IMG/VR virus record: IMGVR_UViG_3300042993_000002
Length of the DNA: 37,490 bases
From: an uncultured virus (IMG/VR IMGVR_UViG_3300042993_000002)
Taxonomy: Duplodnaviria; Heunggongvirae; Uroviricota; Caudoviricetes
Direction: 5' to 3' (one strand)
Numbering within the stretch: position 1 is the first letter of the stretch; every line of letters begins with the position of its first letter. The notes beneath the pieces are model-generated. The model saw only the letters and a program-made list of their open reading frames with translations. It was not told the origin of the DNA and ran no database searches. This document shows, piece after piece, positions 1-9,621 of this stretch. A program made the position numbers and the translations under genes.

Positions 1-2
1 CT

Positions 3-380
3 GATGGATTTTATTCTAACACGTCCATTGCAGCTTACCCGCAACTGACAACCTTCCCACTTCAAGTGCGTATGTTCAAAGGTGACAAGCCTGAGCTTCG
101 GTTCGATCTTGGTGCTGAAGTCGTTGAAGCTAACATCGCTGAATACGATCCAATCACTTTCATCCTGAATTTCCAGTCTGCTGTGCTGCAAGGCTTCAGT
201 GTTCAGGACAAGGGAACGAACATCGATCCTGTGGGCCTTAAGCTCGCGTCTATGCGACGTTCTGTGCAAACCAAGGCCGTGGTATTGGATTTGGATGGAG
301 ACGCCCCAGAGAGTGCTACAGAGGCTCCAAAGCAAACCAAACAACCAGCTCGTAAACAATCCAAATCGAAGGAGGCATAA
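3..380 (+). CDS. hypothetical phage protein, 5'-truncated by the window edge
   Basis: Frame is open from position 3 (DGFYSNTSIAAYPQLTTFPLQVRMFK...) to TAA at 378-380; basic low-complexity C-tail. Confidence 0.75.
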   Translation, partial: DGFYSNTSIAAYPQLTTFPLQVRMFKGDKPELRFDLGAEVVEANIAEYDPITFILNFQSAVLQGFSVQDKGTNIDPVGLKLASMRRSVQTKAVVLDLDGDAPESATEAPKQTKQPARKQSKSKEA

Positions 381-383
381 AAC

Positions 384-740
384 ATGACCGAACAAGCCGT
401 AGTCAAACTAACCAAAGCCCAGAAGGAATTCTTCGGTGCATTTGCATTCAACGCTGTAACAGGTTTGCTGGTAGCAGTGCATGAAATGAATAACAGTGAT
501 ACTGCTGTCGAGGAATTGGTTGGTAAGGTGCAAGACACTGACCTGACCGCACTGACACAACTCATTGGGGAGAAATTCCTTGAGCGTGTTGACTTCGCCA
601 CTTTGAAGAAAGTTGATAAATTCCTCAAGTCTGAAGATGCTGTAAACGTTGTTGTTGCTTCTACCGAAGTGTCCAATAGCATCAACGATGTTCTGATTAA
701 AATCGTTTCCACTCTGATCCCATCTGGCGAAGCGGAGTAA
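384..740 (+). CDS. hypothetical protein
   Basis: AAGGAGG RBS upstream of ATG; phage-like codon usage. Confidence 0.8.
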   Translation: MTEQAVVKLTKAQKEFFGAFAFNAVTGLLVAVHEMNNSDTAVEELVGKVQDTDLTALTQLIGEKFLERVDFATLKKVDKFLKSEDAVNVVVASTEVSNSINDVLIKIVSTLIPSGEAE

Positions 741-748
741 AATCATCA

Positions 749-768
749 AGGGGCTACGGCCCCTATTT
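749..768 (+). terminator. hairpin AGGGGC-TACG-GCCCCT with short T tail (weak terminator or stabilising stem)
   Basis: 6-bp stem, cUACGg tetraloop, followed by ATTT. Confidence 0.45.
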
Positions 769-782
769 CATGGAGGTGTGCA

Positions 783-1544
783 TTGGCTAAAAGAAACCAA
801 CAACAAGTAAAGGCAGCCCGTCAATCCCAGAAGGAAGAACGTGGCCGTGTTGTGCAACCCAAGTTTGTAGATGCTCGTGCTGAAGGTCGTCAGGCACAGA
901 ACACAACGCCACTGAAGCCACGTAATGAGAAACAGGTAGCGTATATCCGGTCCATCATGGAAAACCCTCTGACAGTCGCTACAGGCTTCGCAGGGACAGC
1001 AAAGACATACATCCCTACAGTGATGGCGTGCGATGCTTACCTGAAAGGTGAGATTGATAAGATTGTGTTTACTCGCCCAAACATTTCCAATAGTAAATCA
1101 CTTGGTATGTTCAAAGGTAGTGCGATTGAGAAGATGGAAATGTGGCTGATGCCAGTAATCAACATTCTCCGTGATCGCCTGACAACTGGTGGACTTGAAA
1201 CTGCGATTGAAAATGGCAACATCATCTTTATGCCTCTGGAAGTTGTGAAGGGTTACAGTGCTGAGAAGTGCTTCTTCATTGTGGACGAAGGCGAAGACAT
1301 TACAATTGATGAAGCTCGTAAGATCGTTACCCGTCAAGGTCATGGCTGCAAGATGGTTATCAGCGGTGACGTGTCTCAGAGTGAGCTGAAGGAACGTTCT
1401 GGTTTGAAGTGGATCGCACACATGACTCAGAAATACAGCGGCTTGGCCGTAGGGTACGTAGACTTCAACCATGTCAATGATATTGAACGTGGCGAAGCTT
1501 GCAAACAGTGGATTATCGCAATCAATAAGGAGGACAATGAATGA
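783..1544 (+). CDS. phoH: PhoH-family ATPase
   Basis: LKPRNEKQ, Walker A-like GFAGTAKT, IVFTRP, IVDEGED, ISGDVSQ motifs; GGAGGT RBS before TTG. Confidence 0.93.
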   Translation: MAKRNQQQVKAARQSQKEERGRVVQPKFVDARAEGRQAQNTTPLKPRNEKQVAYIRSIMENPLTVATGFAGTAKTYIPTVMACDAYLKGEIDKIVFTRPNISNSKSLGMFKGSAIEKMEMWLMPVINILRDRLTTGGLETAIENGNIIFMPLEVVKGYSAEKCFFIVDEGEDITIDEARKIVTRQGHGCKMVISGDVSQSELKERSGLKWIAHMTQKYSGLAVGYVDFNHVNDIERGEACKQWIIAINKEDNE

Positions 1545-2161
1545 ACGAAGAAAAACCAAACCGTATCATGATGCGTGAGAATGTTAGTCGTGGCTACGTG
1601 ATCCGTATCTGCCGACCTATCACTGAAGTCGATGATTTCGATGACGAACTTCAAGTGCTGGCAGGTGCAGGACCAAATGATACTGTCAAGCTGATCCTGA
1701 ATACACCGGGTGGCAGCGTAGACACAGCCTTGATTCTGTGCAAAGCTCTGCGGGCTTGTGAGGCACGTACAAGCGCTTTCATCGGCTTCACGTGTGCATC
1801 GGCAGGGACAACCATTGCGTTGGCCTGTGACGAATGGGAGATTGATGAATACAGCAGCTTTATGGTTCACACTGGATCGTATGGGCTCGGTTATGACTCT
1901 GCTCCAAACGTCTTTGCATGTGCTCAGCATATGGAGAAGATGATCAACCGCTTCGTAGAAAACACCTATACAGGCTTCCTGACTCCGGCTGAAATGGAGG
2001 TTGTGAAGAACGGACGTGACGTTTATTTCGAAGGTGAAGAGCTTGCTCAACGTCTCGGAGATTTCGCTGACTACCGTTACGCTCTGGAAGAAGCAGCACA
2101 CGCCGAAATGATTGCAGAAATGGATCAAATGGCGCTTGACAATGAGCCACAGGACGACTAA
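1541..2161 (+). CDS. ClpP-like serine protease
   Basis: LNTPGGSV, catalytic CASAG (Ser) and FMVH (His) motifs; ATGA overlap with phoH. Confidence 0.88.
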   Translation: MNEEKPNRIMMRENVSRGYVIRICRPITEVDDFDDELQVLAGAGPNDTVKLILNTPGGSVDTALILCKALRACEARTSAFIGFTCASAGTTIALACDEWEIDEYSSFMVHTGSYGLGYDSAPNVFACAQHMEKMINRFVENTYTGFLTPAEMEVVKNGRDVYFEGEELAQRLGDFADYRYALEEAAHAEMIAEMDQMALDNEPQDD

Positions 2162-2174
2162 GCTTCATCCCATC

Positions 2175-2207
2175 AGGCGGTTACCACACAGGTAGCCGCC
2201 TATTTTT
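2175..2207 (+). terminator. rho-independent terminator
   Basis: AGGCGGTTACC-ACACA-GGTAGCCGCCT followed by ATTTTT. Confidence 0.8.
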
Positions 2208-2231
2208 ACGACTATACAAAAGGAGAGATAG

Positions 2232-3026
2232 ATGAACGCAGTTACTCAAAACACTCAGGTTTCGCAGAACACCATGACCTCGCTGGAAATCGTTGACATG
2301 ATCAACAAGGAACGTGAGGCTATCGCAGCCCTTACCGGTAAGGAACAGAAAATCTTGCAACACAAGGATTTCCTGAAGAAAACTCGGACAGTTCTTGGTG
2401 AAGAAGCATCAGCGAAATTTTCCGCTCATGTTCAAATCGATGTTGGTAACGGTGCGAAACGTGATACCCCTGTGTACGTCTTCCCAAAACGTGAAGCCAC
2501 CCTCATGGCGATGTCCTACTCTCCAGCAATCTCTGCTGCTGTATACGACAAGATGACTGCTCTGGAAGAGGTTGTTGCTTCGCAAGCTGTAGCAGCTCTG
2601 CCAAACTTCAGCAACCCAGCAGAAGCTGCACGTGCATGGGCTCTTGAGTACGAACGTAGCGAACAGCTCGCTCTGGTCGTAGAGCAGAAGGAAGCTCTGC
2701 TGATTGAACAAGCTCCAAAGGTTGACTACGTTGAAAAGTACATGGAGGTTGATGGCAGCCTTGGCATTCAAGCTGCTGCTCGTGTCCTCAAGTGCAACAT
2801 GCGTGAACTGGGTCATTGGTTGGTGGATCGCAAGCTGGCCTTCCGTTCCCAGCCAGCAAACACCCTGCTGCCTTACGCTACGTCGATCAATAAAGGTCTG
2901 ATGCTCGTGAAGGTTGGTGTTAAATCTGGTGGTGATAGCTCGTACCAGCAAATGAAGATCACCAATAAAGGTATGCAGTATTTGGCAGAGAACCTTCCAA
3001 CCTACGTCTACAAGACTCACAACTGA
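2232..3026 (+). CDS. Rha-type DNA-binding / antirepressor protein with C-terminal ANT (KilAC) domain
   Basis: N-terminal TMTSLEIVDMIN..LQHKDFLKK..FPKREATLMAMSYS; LPNFSNPAEAARAWA linker; QAPKVDY...KITNKGMQYL C-terminus. Confidence 0.85.
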   Translation: MNAVTQNTQVSQNTMTSLEIVDMINKEREAIAALTGKEQKILQHKDFLKKTRTVLGEEASAKFSAHVQIDVGNGAKRDTPVYVFPKREATLMAMSYSPAISAAVYDKMTALEEVVASQAVAALPNFSNPAEAARAWALEYERSEQLALVVEQKEALLIEQAPKVDYVEKYMEVDGSLGIQAAARVLKCNMRELGHWLVDRKLAFRSQPANTLLPYATSINKGLMLVKVGVKSGGDSSYQQMKITNKGMQYLAENLPTYVYKTHN

Positions 3027-3037
3027 TGCGAAGGGGC

Positions 3038-3066
3038 TTGACGGCCCCACAGCTTTCCCGTAAGAT
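3038..3066 (+). promoter_or_regulatory. sigma70-type promoter
   Basis: TTGACG-17bp-TAAGAT; -35 lies in the loop of GGGGC/GCCCC. Confidence 0.75.
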
Positions 3067-3091
3067 ATGTGTCCAGCCATAGGAGAACAAC

Positions 3092-3262
3092 ATGACCTCT
3101 AAAGAAGACCTGCAACACACCGTCAATCAAATCGCACTGTTCACAATCGAGAAAATGCTCACCAGCGAGAATATCGCAGACGATGAAGCTCGCTTGAGTT
3201 TGATCGGTTACGTTGTACGTGCAGCAAATCAGTCCAGCCCTGAACTAGAGTACAATGTATGA
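3092..3262 (+). CDS. small hypothetical protein (56 aa, not in the ORF track)
   Basis: AGGAG RBS; MTSKEDLQHTVNQ...; stop overlaps the next ATG (ATGA). Confidence 0.75.
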   Translation: MTSKEDLQHTVNQIALFTIEKMLTSENIADDEARLSLIGYVVRAANQSSPELEYNV

Positions 3263-3531
3263 GTAAACAGAAAATTACAGTAGTCAATTTCACTGAGTTT
3301 TCTTCTCTCACCTTCATTCCACCAGCCACATTTTTTATTCAGAATGCAATGGGTGATTACATTTTTATTCACACTGCAAAGCGACAAGTGGCTCAGGACT
3401 GGGTTGATGAGGAATACGGCAAAGGGCGTTACACTGTCAAGGCTTCCAAGCTACAAGCAACGAAATCCAAACTAGAATCTGGTGGCCTGTCCTGTACTGG
3501 CACCGCTACTCGCAAGGGGCAACGTAAATGA
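3259..3531 (+). CDS. hypothetical protein
   Basis: Coupled ORF in the operon. Confidence 0.75.
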   Translation: MSKQKITVVNFTEFSSLTFIPPATFFIQNAMGDYIFIHTAKRQVAQDWVDEEYGKGRYTVKASKLQATKSKLESGGLSCTGTATRKGQRK

Positions 3532-3734
3532 AAATCAACGATCTAGTAGCACAACTTATGGAACTTCAGATGCGGTATGGCAACCTGACTGTGATCCTTC
3601 AAGCCGATCAAGAGGGTAATGATTACGACACCATCCGTGGTGCTGAACGTACATTCTACGAAGACGGTAGTACATCTGACTGTCGTGAAGAAGCTGGATT
3701 GGACGCACAAGAAGTTATTGTGCTTTATCCATAA
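3528..3734 (+). CDS. hypothetical protein
   Basis: Coupled ORF; acidic, QADQEGNDY motif. Confidence 0.75.
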   Translation: MKINDLVAQLMELQMRYGNLTVILQADQEGNDYDTIRGAERTFYEDGSTSDCREEAGLDAQEVIVLYP

Positions 3735-3928
3735 TGTGGGTTGCTCAGCATCCTTGTGGCACTTGGTGTGCTTACAGGGAGAAGCCCAGAGAGAAGATGG
3801 GTGGATGGGACGGTGAGGTTTATGCCGTCCTTGACAAACAACAGTGGCTTATCAGTTGGCGACAGACGCTCGAAGAGCTGTCATTCAAAGATTATCAGGA
3901 TAAGTATAGACATAGGGAGGTGAAATGA
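3734..3928 (+). CDS. hypothetical protein (Trp-rich)
   Basis: TAATG coupling; WVAQHPCGTWCAY..WRQTL. Confidence 0.7.
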   Translation: MWVAQHPCGTWCAYREKPREKMGGWDGEVYAVLDKQQWLISWRQTLEELSFKDYQDKYRHREVK

Positions 3929-4356
3929 TTTACGATGACAAACACAGGCCATCCAGTAGCAAGTATGATCGAATGCATATGGCAACAGCGGAAGCTTACG
4001 CCGCTGAGTCTCACTGTCCTCGCACGAAGGTTGGGTGTGCTGTGGTACTGGAATCGGGTGTCGTCAGTCCGGGCTTCAACGGGCACGCTTCAGGTGGCCC
4101 GAACGATTGGGAATATTCCAATACGGGGAATCCAGAAGTCGTACATGCGGAACTCAATGCTCTCGGGAAGTGTCTCGAACAAGGACTATCAGCAAGAGGT
4201 GCTTCTGTTTTTGTCACGCTTTCCCCCTGCCTTGAGTGTGCCAAGCTGCTGGTTAGGGCAAAGGTGAGTCGCGTGGTATATAAAGATGCCTACAGAGACA
4301 CAGCAGGAATCGACTATCTAACCAAATACAATGTGGAGGTAACAAAGTATGAGTAA
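3925..4356 (+). CDS. dCMP deaminase
   Basis: HAELNA and SPCLECAK zinc motifs; SHCPRTKVGCAVV, GFNG. Confidence 0.92.
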   Translation: MIYDDKHRPSSSKYDRMHMATAEAYAAESHCPRTKVGCAVVLESGVVSPGFNGHASGGPNDWEYSNTGNPEVVHAELNALGKCLEQGLSARGASVFVTLSPCLECAKLLVRAKVSRVVYKDAYRDTAGIDYLTKYNVEVTKYE

Positions 4357-4702
4357 CACTGCCGCAAGTAACACCGCTCGTATCGTGCAAATGACCCTTA
4401 GTGAACGAATCGACAATATGACTGAAACTGAGCATGCCGCTCTGACAGCGCTGCATCGTTTGATGGATGAAGTTGTGAACAATCCACGCCTTGATAAATA
4501 CGAGGCAAACCAGTTTATCGAAGACATCGAACACACAATGCAAGGCTTGTGGGGCTTCACGCGTGATCGTGACTTCCATATTCACTGGATACGTCGTGCT
4601 GGCTGCACCTGTCCGAAGCTAGACAACAGTGATCTGATGGGTGCCCCGTATCGCATCATCAATGGCACATGCCCACATCACACGCAGGAGACTCCATTTT
4701 GA
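4349..4702 (+). CDS. hypothetical protein with putative Zn-binding CxCPxxDN...CPxH motif
   Basis: GGAGG RBS; GCTCPKLDN...CPHH. Confidence 0.75.
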   Translation: MSNTAASNTARIVQMTLSERIDNMTETEHAALTALHRLMDEVVNNPRLDKYEANQFIEDIEHTMQGLWGFTRDRDFHIHWIRRAGCTCPKLDNSDLMGAPYRIINGTCPHHTQETPF

Positions 4703-4920
4703 TCGTCGCTATCTCGGCTGTATCTGAATCCGGTGATCACTATCTATTCTGTGAGACAGGAACTGCGGCTGAAATTATCGAAGCTGTAGCTTATAGTGAG
4801 GACTTTGCTTATTTAGGGCAAGTACGTGTCATGCCACTTCAACCGAGTGAACACGACTCTGCTGAAGACTTGAGAAAGAAACTTGTTGAAGCCATTGACA
4901 AGGCTTACGAAGATCAGTAG
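4699..4920 (+). CDS. hypothetical protein (TTG start)
   Basis: AGGAG RBS before TTG 4699, overlapping the previous stop. Confidence 0.65.
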   Translation: MIVAISAVSESGDHYLFCETGTAAEIIEAVAYSEDFAYLGQVRVMPLQPSEHDSAEDLRKKLVEAIDKAYEDQ

Positions 4921-4954
4921 AATTCCCCCATCGAAACGCACAACGGAGACACGA

Positions 4955-6472
4955 ATGAAACTCGTACCAACTCAAGAACAAACTATCGCTTGCCAAGTTG
5001 TCAAAGACAATCAACGTGTTAAGCTTAATGCTTACGCAGGCTGCTCCAAGACCACTACGCTGTCGATGGTTGCTCACGACCTCTGTGCTCCTTCTCTGTA
5101 CCTCGCGTACAACAAGAGTATGGCTGTAGAGGCTCGTGAGAAGTTTCCTGAGTGGGTGCGTGTTAGCACTACGCATGCATTGGCCTATGCCATCTATGGT
5201 CGCCAGCTTGCAACCAAGCTCAAGCGCCCACAGGGAAGCTATCAGAACGTGTGTGGTACTGGTGGTGAGATTGCTCGCTACTTCAAGATCAAAGGCATCT
5301 TCCTCACTTGTGGTGAGTCCATCACTGCAAACGGGATTGGTCTTGCCATCCGTGAAACTGTCAACCGTTTTGAATACTCGGCGGATAAGAAAATCACCGC
5401 TGCTCACGTGTCTCCTGCTGGCATTAAGAAAGTGAAAGGTAAGCTTGATCAAATCGAGCAGATGGTTTACATTGATCTGGTGAAGAAGCATGCTGAAATG
5501 CTGTGGGCTCTCCGTTGCAATCTGAACAGCAACATTCTGGCAACTCACGACACCTACCTCAAGCAGTACCAACTGTCTGAGCCAGACCTGTCGAGCTATG
5601 ATGTCCTGTATCTCGATGAAGGACAAGACACCAACGAGTGTGTTCTGGATATCGTGATGCGTCAGACCAAGCCAAAGATCGTAGTTGTTGGTGATGAATT
5701 CCAACAGATTTACCAGTGGCGCGGCAGCGTCAACGCAATGGGCAAGCTTCCATTTGTGGAAAGCAAGCTGAGCCAGAGCTTCCGCTTTGGACAGGCGATT
5801 GCAGACATTGCCAACGTTGTTCTGTCTCAAGGCGATGTCAAGACAAACATCCGTGGCTGGGAACAATGCGATTCGAAAGTATCATATTACCATGACCGGA
5901 CCTCGATTGAAGGCTGCTACACCCTACTCTATCGCACTAACATGATGCTTGTGTTGGATGCTGTGGAACTGATCAGCAAAGGCAAGCGTGTCAACCTTGA
6001 GATTGATGTATCCGACTTCGTTAAGCTTCTGGAGTCTGGTGTTGAACTCAAGATGGGCAACATGAAAGGCGTAAAGCATGAGGAAATGCTGCCTTATGAG
6101 AACTGGAGCGACTTCGCTAAGGAGGTTCAAGGCACTGGTGGTGAACTGGGACGTGTGTATCAGATCATTGATGGTGGTCGTGTATACGAAGTGCTGGGCA
6201 TGTTGCGTATGCAACGGAATACAGATGCTCCAGAAATCATCCTTACTACTGCTCACAAATCGAAAGGCCGTGAGTGGGATGTTGTCTGGCTGGCGAGTGA
6301 CTTCCCGTCGAACTGGAACAACAAAGGTGAGTGGGTTGGTTTGCGTGATGAAGAGCGTAACCTGTTGTACGTGGCTGTGACTCGTGCCCGTAAGCACCTG
6401 ATCTATAACGATACAGTGCGGGAGTTGATCGAACGTACTGGCGAACACATGACAAAGGAGGATGCAGCATGA
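4955..6472 (+). CDS. superfamily 1 (UvrD/Rep-like) DNA helicase
   Basis: AYAGCSKTT Walker A, LDEGQD Walker B, VGDEFQQIYQWRG, LSQSFRFG, TAHKSKGREW, NLLYVAVTRA; GGAG RBS before ATG 4955. Confidence 0.93.
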   Translation: MKLVPTQEQTIACQVVKDNQRVKLNAYAGCSKTTTLSMVAHDLCAPSLYLAYNKSMAVEAREKFPEWVRVSTTHALAYAIYGRQLATKLKRPQGSYQNVCGTGGEIARYFKIKGIFLTCGESITANGIGLAIRETVNRFEYSADKKITAAHVSPAGIKKVKGKLDQIEQMVYIDLVKKHAEMLWALRCNLNSNILATHDTYLKQYQLSEPDLSSYDVLYLDEGQDTNECVLDIVMRQTKPKIVVVGDEFQQIYQWRGSVNAMGKLPFVESKLSQSFRFGQAIADIANVVLSQGDVKTNIRGWEQCDSKVSYYHDRTSIEGCYTLLYRTNMMLVLDAVELISKGKRVNLEIDVSDFVKLLESGVELKMGNMKGVKHEEMLPYENWSDFAKEVQGTGGELGRVYQIIDGGRVYEVLGMLRMQRNTDAPEIILTTAHKSKGREWDVVWLASDFPSNWNNKGEWVGLRDEERNLLYVAVTRARKHLIYNDTVRELIERTGEHMTKEDAA

Positions 6473-7662
6473 ACAAGACATTTTATGGTAAAGATAAAGG
6501 TGGAAAGTATAAGGTTTGGCAGATTGAAACTGCTGTGAGCATTGGTGGTAAAGGTATCATCACCATCCACCACGGACAGGAAGGTGGTAAGCAGACCCGT
6601 AAAGATGAAATCATCTACGAGGGTAAGCAAGGTCGGACTCCTGAAGAACAAGCTGTTAGTGAGGCTGAAGGCCGCATCAAGAAGCAAGTGGACAAAGGTT
6701 ATCGTGAGAACAAGGCTGACTTGGAAGAGCTTCCATTGCTCGCCATGCTCTCTGGTGACTACAACAAGATTGGCCATCGTATCGACTGGGAGAATGGTGT
6801 TCACGTTCCAGATAAGTTTGACGGTGTTCGTTGCCTTGTGAAGTGTGCAATGGGTGGTATCACTCTCGAATCTCGCACTGGACAGCCTTATGATGTTCCA
6901 CATATCGTTGCTGAGCTGGAAAAGATCATGCAACCGGGCGATGTGCTTGATGCTGAACTATACGTGCATGGCTACGTTCTGCAAGATATCACTTCGGCTG
7001 TAAAGCGGACTGATCCTCAGGCTGCTATTGACAAAGCCTTCCGAAAGATGTCCAAGGACAATAGTGTTGAAAACGCTGATGCTTACGACGAAGCTGTCAA
7101 GATTTTCTACCTCCGTGAGAAGCTGCAACTGCATGTGTTCGATATGCCGTCTGACAAGCCTTGGTATCAGCGTCTGGATGACCTATTCTTCTACGCTCAC
7201 GCTCGTTTCAACTACGAGTTTGTGATCATGGCGAACAACCCGATTGCCTTCTCTGAAGAAGAAATGAAGGTGCTGCACAAAGATGCTGTACGTCGTGGCT
7301 ACGAAGGTGTTATGCTACGCAACCGTATGGGGATGTATGAATCAGGAAAACGCTCTGCTGACCTCCAGAAGTATAAGGAGTTTGTTGATGAAGAGTTTGA
7401 AGTCCTTGATATCCTACCTGCGAAAGATGATGGATCGGTATATTTGTTGAAAAACAACTTGAATGATCTGACCTTCACATGTACAATGGGCGACATGGCA
7501 TACAGGGCTTTCATTCTGGATCACAAAGAGCTTGTTGTTCATAAGTTTTTGAACGTGAAGTTCCAGAGCCGATACAAAGGAACGTTACTCCCTCAGTTCC
7601 CAACTGGTGAGTATATCCGTGAAGGTAAAATGGTAAATGGCGAATTCGTCCCATCTGAATAA
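6469..7662 (+). CDS. ATP-dependent DNA ligase with N-terminal WGR-like domain
   Basis: KFDGVR adenylation motif, LDAELY, VFD, YEGVMLRN, KRSADLQKYK, LPQFP. Confidence 0.93.
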   Translation: MNKTFYGKDKGGKYKVWQIETAVSIGGKGIITIHHGQEGGKQTRKDEIIYEGKQGRTPEEQAVSEAEGRIKKQVDKGYRENKADLEELPLLAMLSGDYNKIGHRIDWENGVHVPDKFDGVRCLVKCAMGGITLESRTGQPYDVPHIVAELEKIMQPGDVLDAELYVHGYVLQDITSAVKRTDPQAAIDKAFRKMSKDNSVENADAYDEAVKIFYLREKLQLHVFDMPSDKPWYQRLDDLFFYAHARFNYEFVIMANNPIAFSEEEMKVLHKDAVRRGYEGVMLRNRMGMYESGKRSADLQKYKEFVDEEFEVLDILPAKDDGSVYLLKNNLNDLTFTCTMGDMAYRAFILDHKELVVHKFLNVKFQSRYKGTLLPQFPTGEYIREGKMVNGEFVPSE

Positions 7663-7672
7663 GGAGAAAGAA

Positions 7673-8110
7673 ATGACTGAAGCAATTCAAACTGAAACAA
7701 AACAAGATTTCCAAGCACTGGACACCACTATCGTACAGGTACGCTCCGTACTGAACTTCATGTACACTCTGGGTTATACTCTGGACGAAGAAGGTAAGAC
7801 TGGCCGATTCATCACCAAGGCTAAGTCTGCCCAAGGCAACCGCTACCTGAGCTTCGCTACAGCAGCCAAGCTGCACAACATGCCAGCTTCCCAATGGGCT
7901 ATCGACTCTCAGACTGGTCAAGTGTTTCCAGAGCCAATCCATCGAATCGGCTTCCAAGCAGGTTTCACCGCTATCGGTGTTCGTCTTGCCATCGCAAGTA
8001 AGCTGGTCGAAGAAGTGAAGTTGAGCGTAACTCGCACTGGACAAGTGGAGACGCAAGATGTTATGATCAAACCTCTGAACCGAGCTGTACTCCAGCTTGT
8101 AGAAGAGTGA
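7673..8110 (+). CDS. hypothetical protein
   Basis: AAGGAG RBS before ATG 7673. Confidence 0.8.
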   Translation: MTEAIQTETKQDFQALDTTIVQVRSVLNFMYTLGYTLDEEGKTGRFITKAKSAQGNRYLSFATAAKLHNMPASQWAIDSQTGQVFPEPIHRIGFQAGFTAIGVRLAIASKLVEEVKLSVTRTGQVETQDVMIKPLNRAVLQLVEE

Positions 8111-8115
8111 TCCAC

Positions 8116-8142
8116 TGCCCGCCCACAAGGCGGGCATTCTTT
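8116..8142 (+). terminator. rho-independent terminator
   Basis: TGCCCGCC-CACAA-GGCGGGCA followed by TTCTTT. Confidence 0.7.
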
Positions 8143-8165
8143 CGCCTAAAGAAAAGGAGCAACAC

Positions 8166-8636
8166 ATGATTGAACTTACCCCGGAAGTGATTCTGATTGC
8201 AAAAGCCAAACGTTTTGCTGATACTGCCCACGGACTTCAAATGTACGGCACGTTCCCGTATACATATCACTTGGGAGGCGTTGCAAGCCTCGTGGCAGCC
8301 CGTATGAAGGGTGACCCTATGCTCTCCACCTATGTGGCAGCAGCGTGGCTCCACGACGTGCTAGAGGACACCACAGCGACATATAAAGACCTTGTTGATG
8401 AGTTCGGGTTGTGCATTGCTGAAGTGGTGCAGTATCTGACCAAAGTGGAAGGCGAAGAGTACGAAGAATACATTCGAAAAGTTTTGAAATCAGCTATTGC
8501 ACGAGAAATCAAAATCTGCGATACTATGTTCAATCTGGAAAGCAGCTTCCGCGAGAACAATGCTAAGCGTGTTGCAAAGTATGCTCGACAATTAGATATT
8601 TTGGTACAAGGAGTATGGTATGAGTGTGACTACTAA
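8166..8636 (+). CDS. HD-domain hydrolase (RelA/SpoT hydrolase / Mesh1-like)
   Basis: AHGLQ..PYTYH..AAWLHDVLEDT..V..LTK..IKICDTMFN pattern of small alarmone hydrolases. Confidence 0.85.
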   Translation: MIELTPEVILIAKAKRFADTAHGLQMYGTFPYTYHLGGVASLVAARMKGDPMLSTYVAAAWLHDVLEDTTATYKDLVDEFGLCIAEVVQYLTKVEGEEYEEYIRKVLKSAIAREIKICDTMFNLESSFRENNAKRVAKYARQLDILVQGVWYECDY

Positions 8637-9207
8637 AAGCGAAACCCCACTGTTCTGTTCGGACTTCCACTTCGAACACAAGAACATTGTGAAATACTCT
8701 GGTCGGCCTTGGCTGCAAGAGAACAACACCGATGAGCTGATTGCTCGTTGGAATGACCGTGTTGGTCTGGTTGATGATGTCTATCATCTGGGCGACTTCG
8801 CGTTCATCTATCCGAAGCAACTGGATCGTTTGATCGAAATCATCAAGGAGTTGAATGGTAACATCCACTTCCTACGTGGCAACCACTGTGACAAACGTAC
8901 TTGGCAACTGCTGGAAGACTCTGGTACAATCCAAATGGCATTCGTCAAGGACTACCACGAAATCAAGGTGCAAGGTCAGCCTGTTGTAATGTGCCACTAT
9001 CCAATGGAAGTGTGGAATGGATCGCACCACGGCTCATGGATGCTGCACGGTCATTGTCACGGCTCGCTGGCCCCACGTGGTAAGCGTCTGGACGTTGGCA
9101 TTGATAACCACCCTGACTTCCAAGTCTGGACATGGCCTGAAATCTGCGAACATATGGCGAAACAACAAGTCGTCGTAATGGATCATCACAATGGAGATAG
9201 AGTATGA
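8620..9207 (+). CDS. calcineurin-like metallophosphoesterase
   Basis: SDFHFEH, HLGDF, RGNH, CHYP, LHGHCH, DVGID. Confidence 0.9.
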   Translation: MSVTTKSETPLFCSDFHFEHKNIVKYSGRPWLQENNTDELIARWNDRVGLVDDVYHLGDFAFIYPKQLDRLIEIIKELNGNIHFLRGNHCDKRTWQLLEDSGTIQMAFVKDYHEIKVQGQPVVMCHYPMEVWNGSHHGSWMLHGHCHGSLAPRGKRLDVGIDNHPDFQVWTWPEICEHMAKQQVVVMDHHNGDRV

Positions 9208-9437
9208 GTATTGTAATTAAAGAGAAAACTGTTAAAGCAGCGACCTTCGCACCAATGTCTTTGGTGAAGTCCACATCAGAGAATGGTAATATTTATCTGG
9301 TGATTGGCCCCGGTCGTGATGAAGAGCTGTTCGCTGGTGTCCGTATCGGCGGTAAAGGCGCCTTTGGTTATCAAGATGACATACTGAGACGCCTATGTGT
9401 TCCGTTTGAAGGTGAAGTGGTGATCAGCAATGAGTGA
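9204..9437 (+). CDS. hypothetical small beta protein (paralog family A)
   Basis: Coupled ORF with GGAG RBS; similar to 9618 and 9861. Confidence 0.75.
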   Translation: MSIVIKEKTVKAATFAPMSLVKSTSENGNIYLVIGPGRDEELFAGVRIGGKGAFGYQDDILRRLCVPFEGEVVISNE

Positions 9438-9621
9438 CTATGTACACGTTGTAACGAGTGTTGAAATGGGTTGGGATTGCGTCTGCGGTGTCTACACTGA
9501 CTACGACGATGCTGTTCGTAGCTGTATGCACGGTGAGGGCATCCCACTAGCGGAAATGGCGGAGAAAATTGAAGACGGTGATACGTCTTACGTTATCCAC
9601 ACAAAGAGGCTTAACGCATGA
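9430..9621 (+). CDS. hypothetical protein
   Basis: Coupled ORF. Confidence 0.7.
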   Translation: MSDYVHVVTSVEMGWDCVCGVYTDYDDAVRSCMHGEGIPLAEMAEKIEDGDTSYVIHTKRLNA

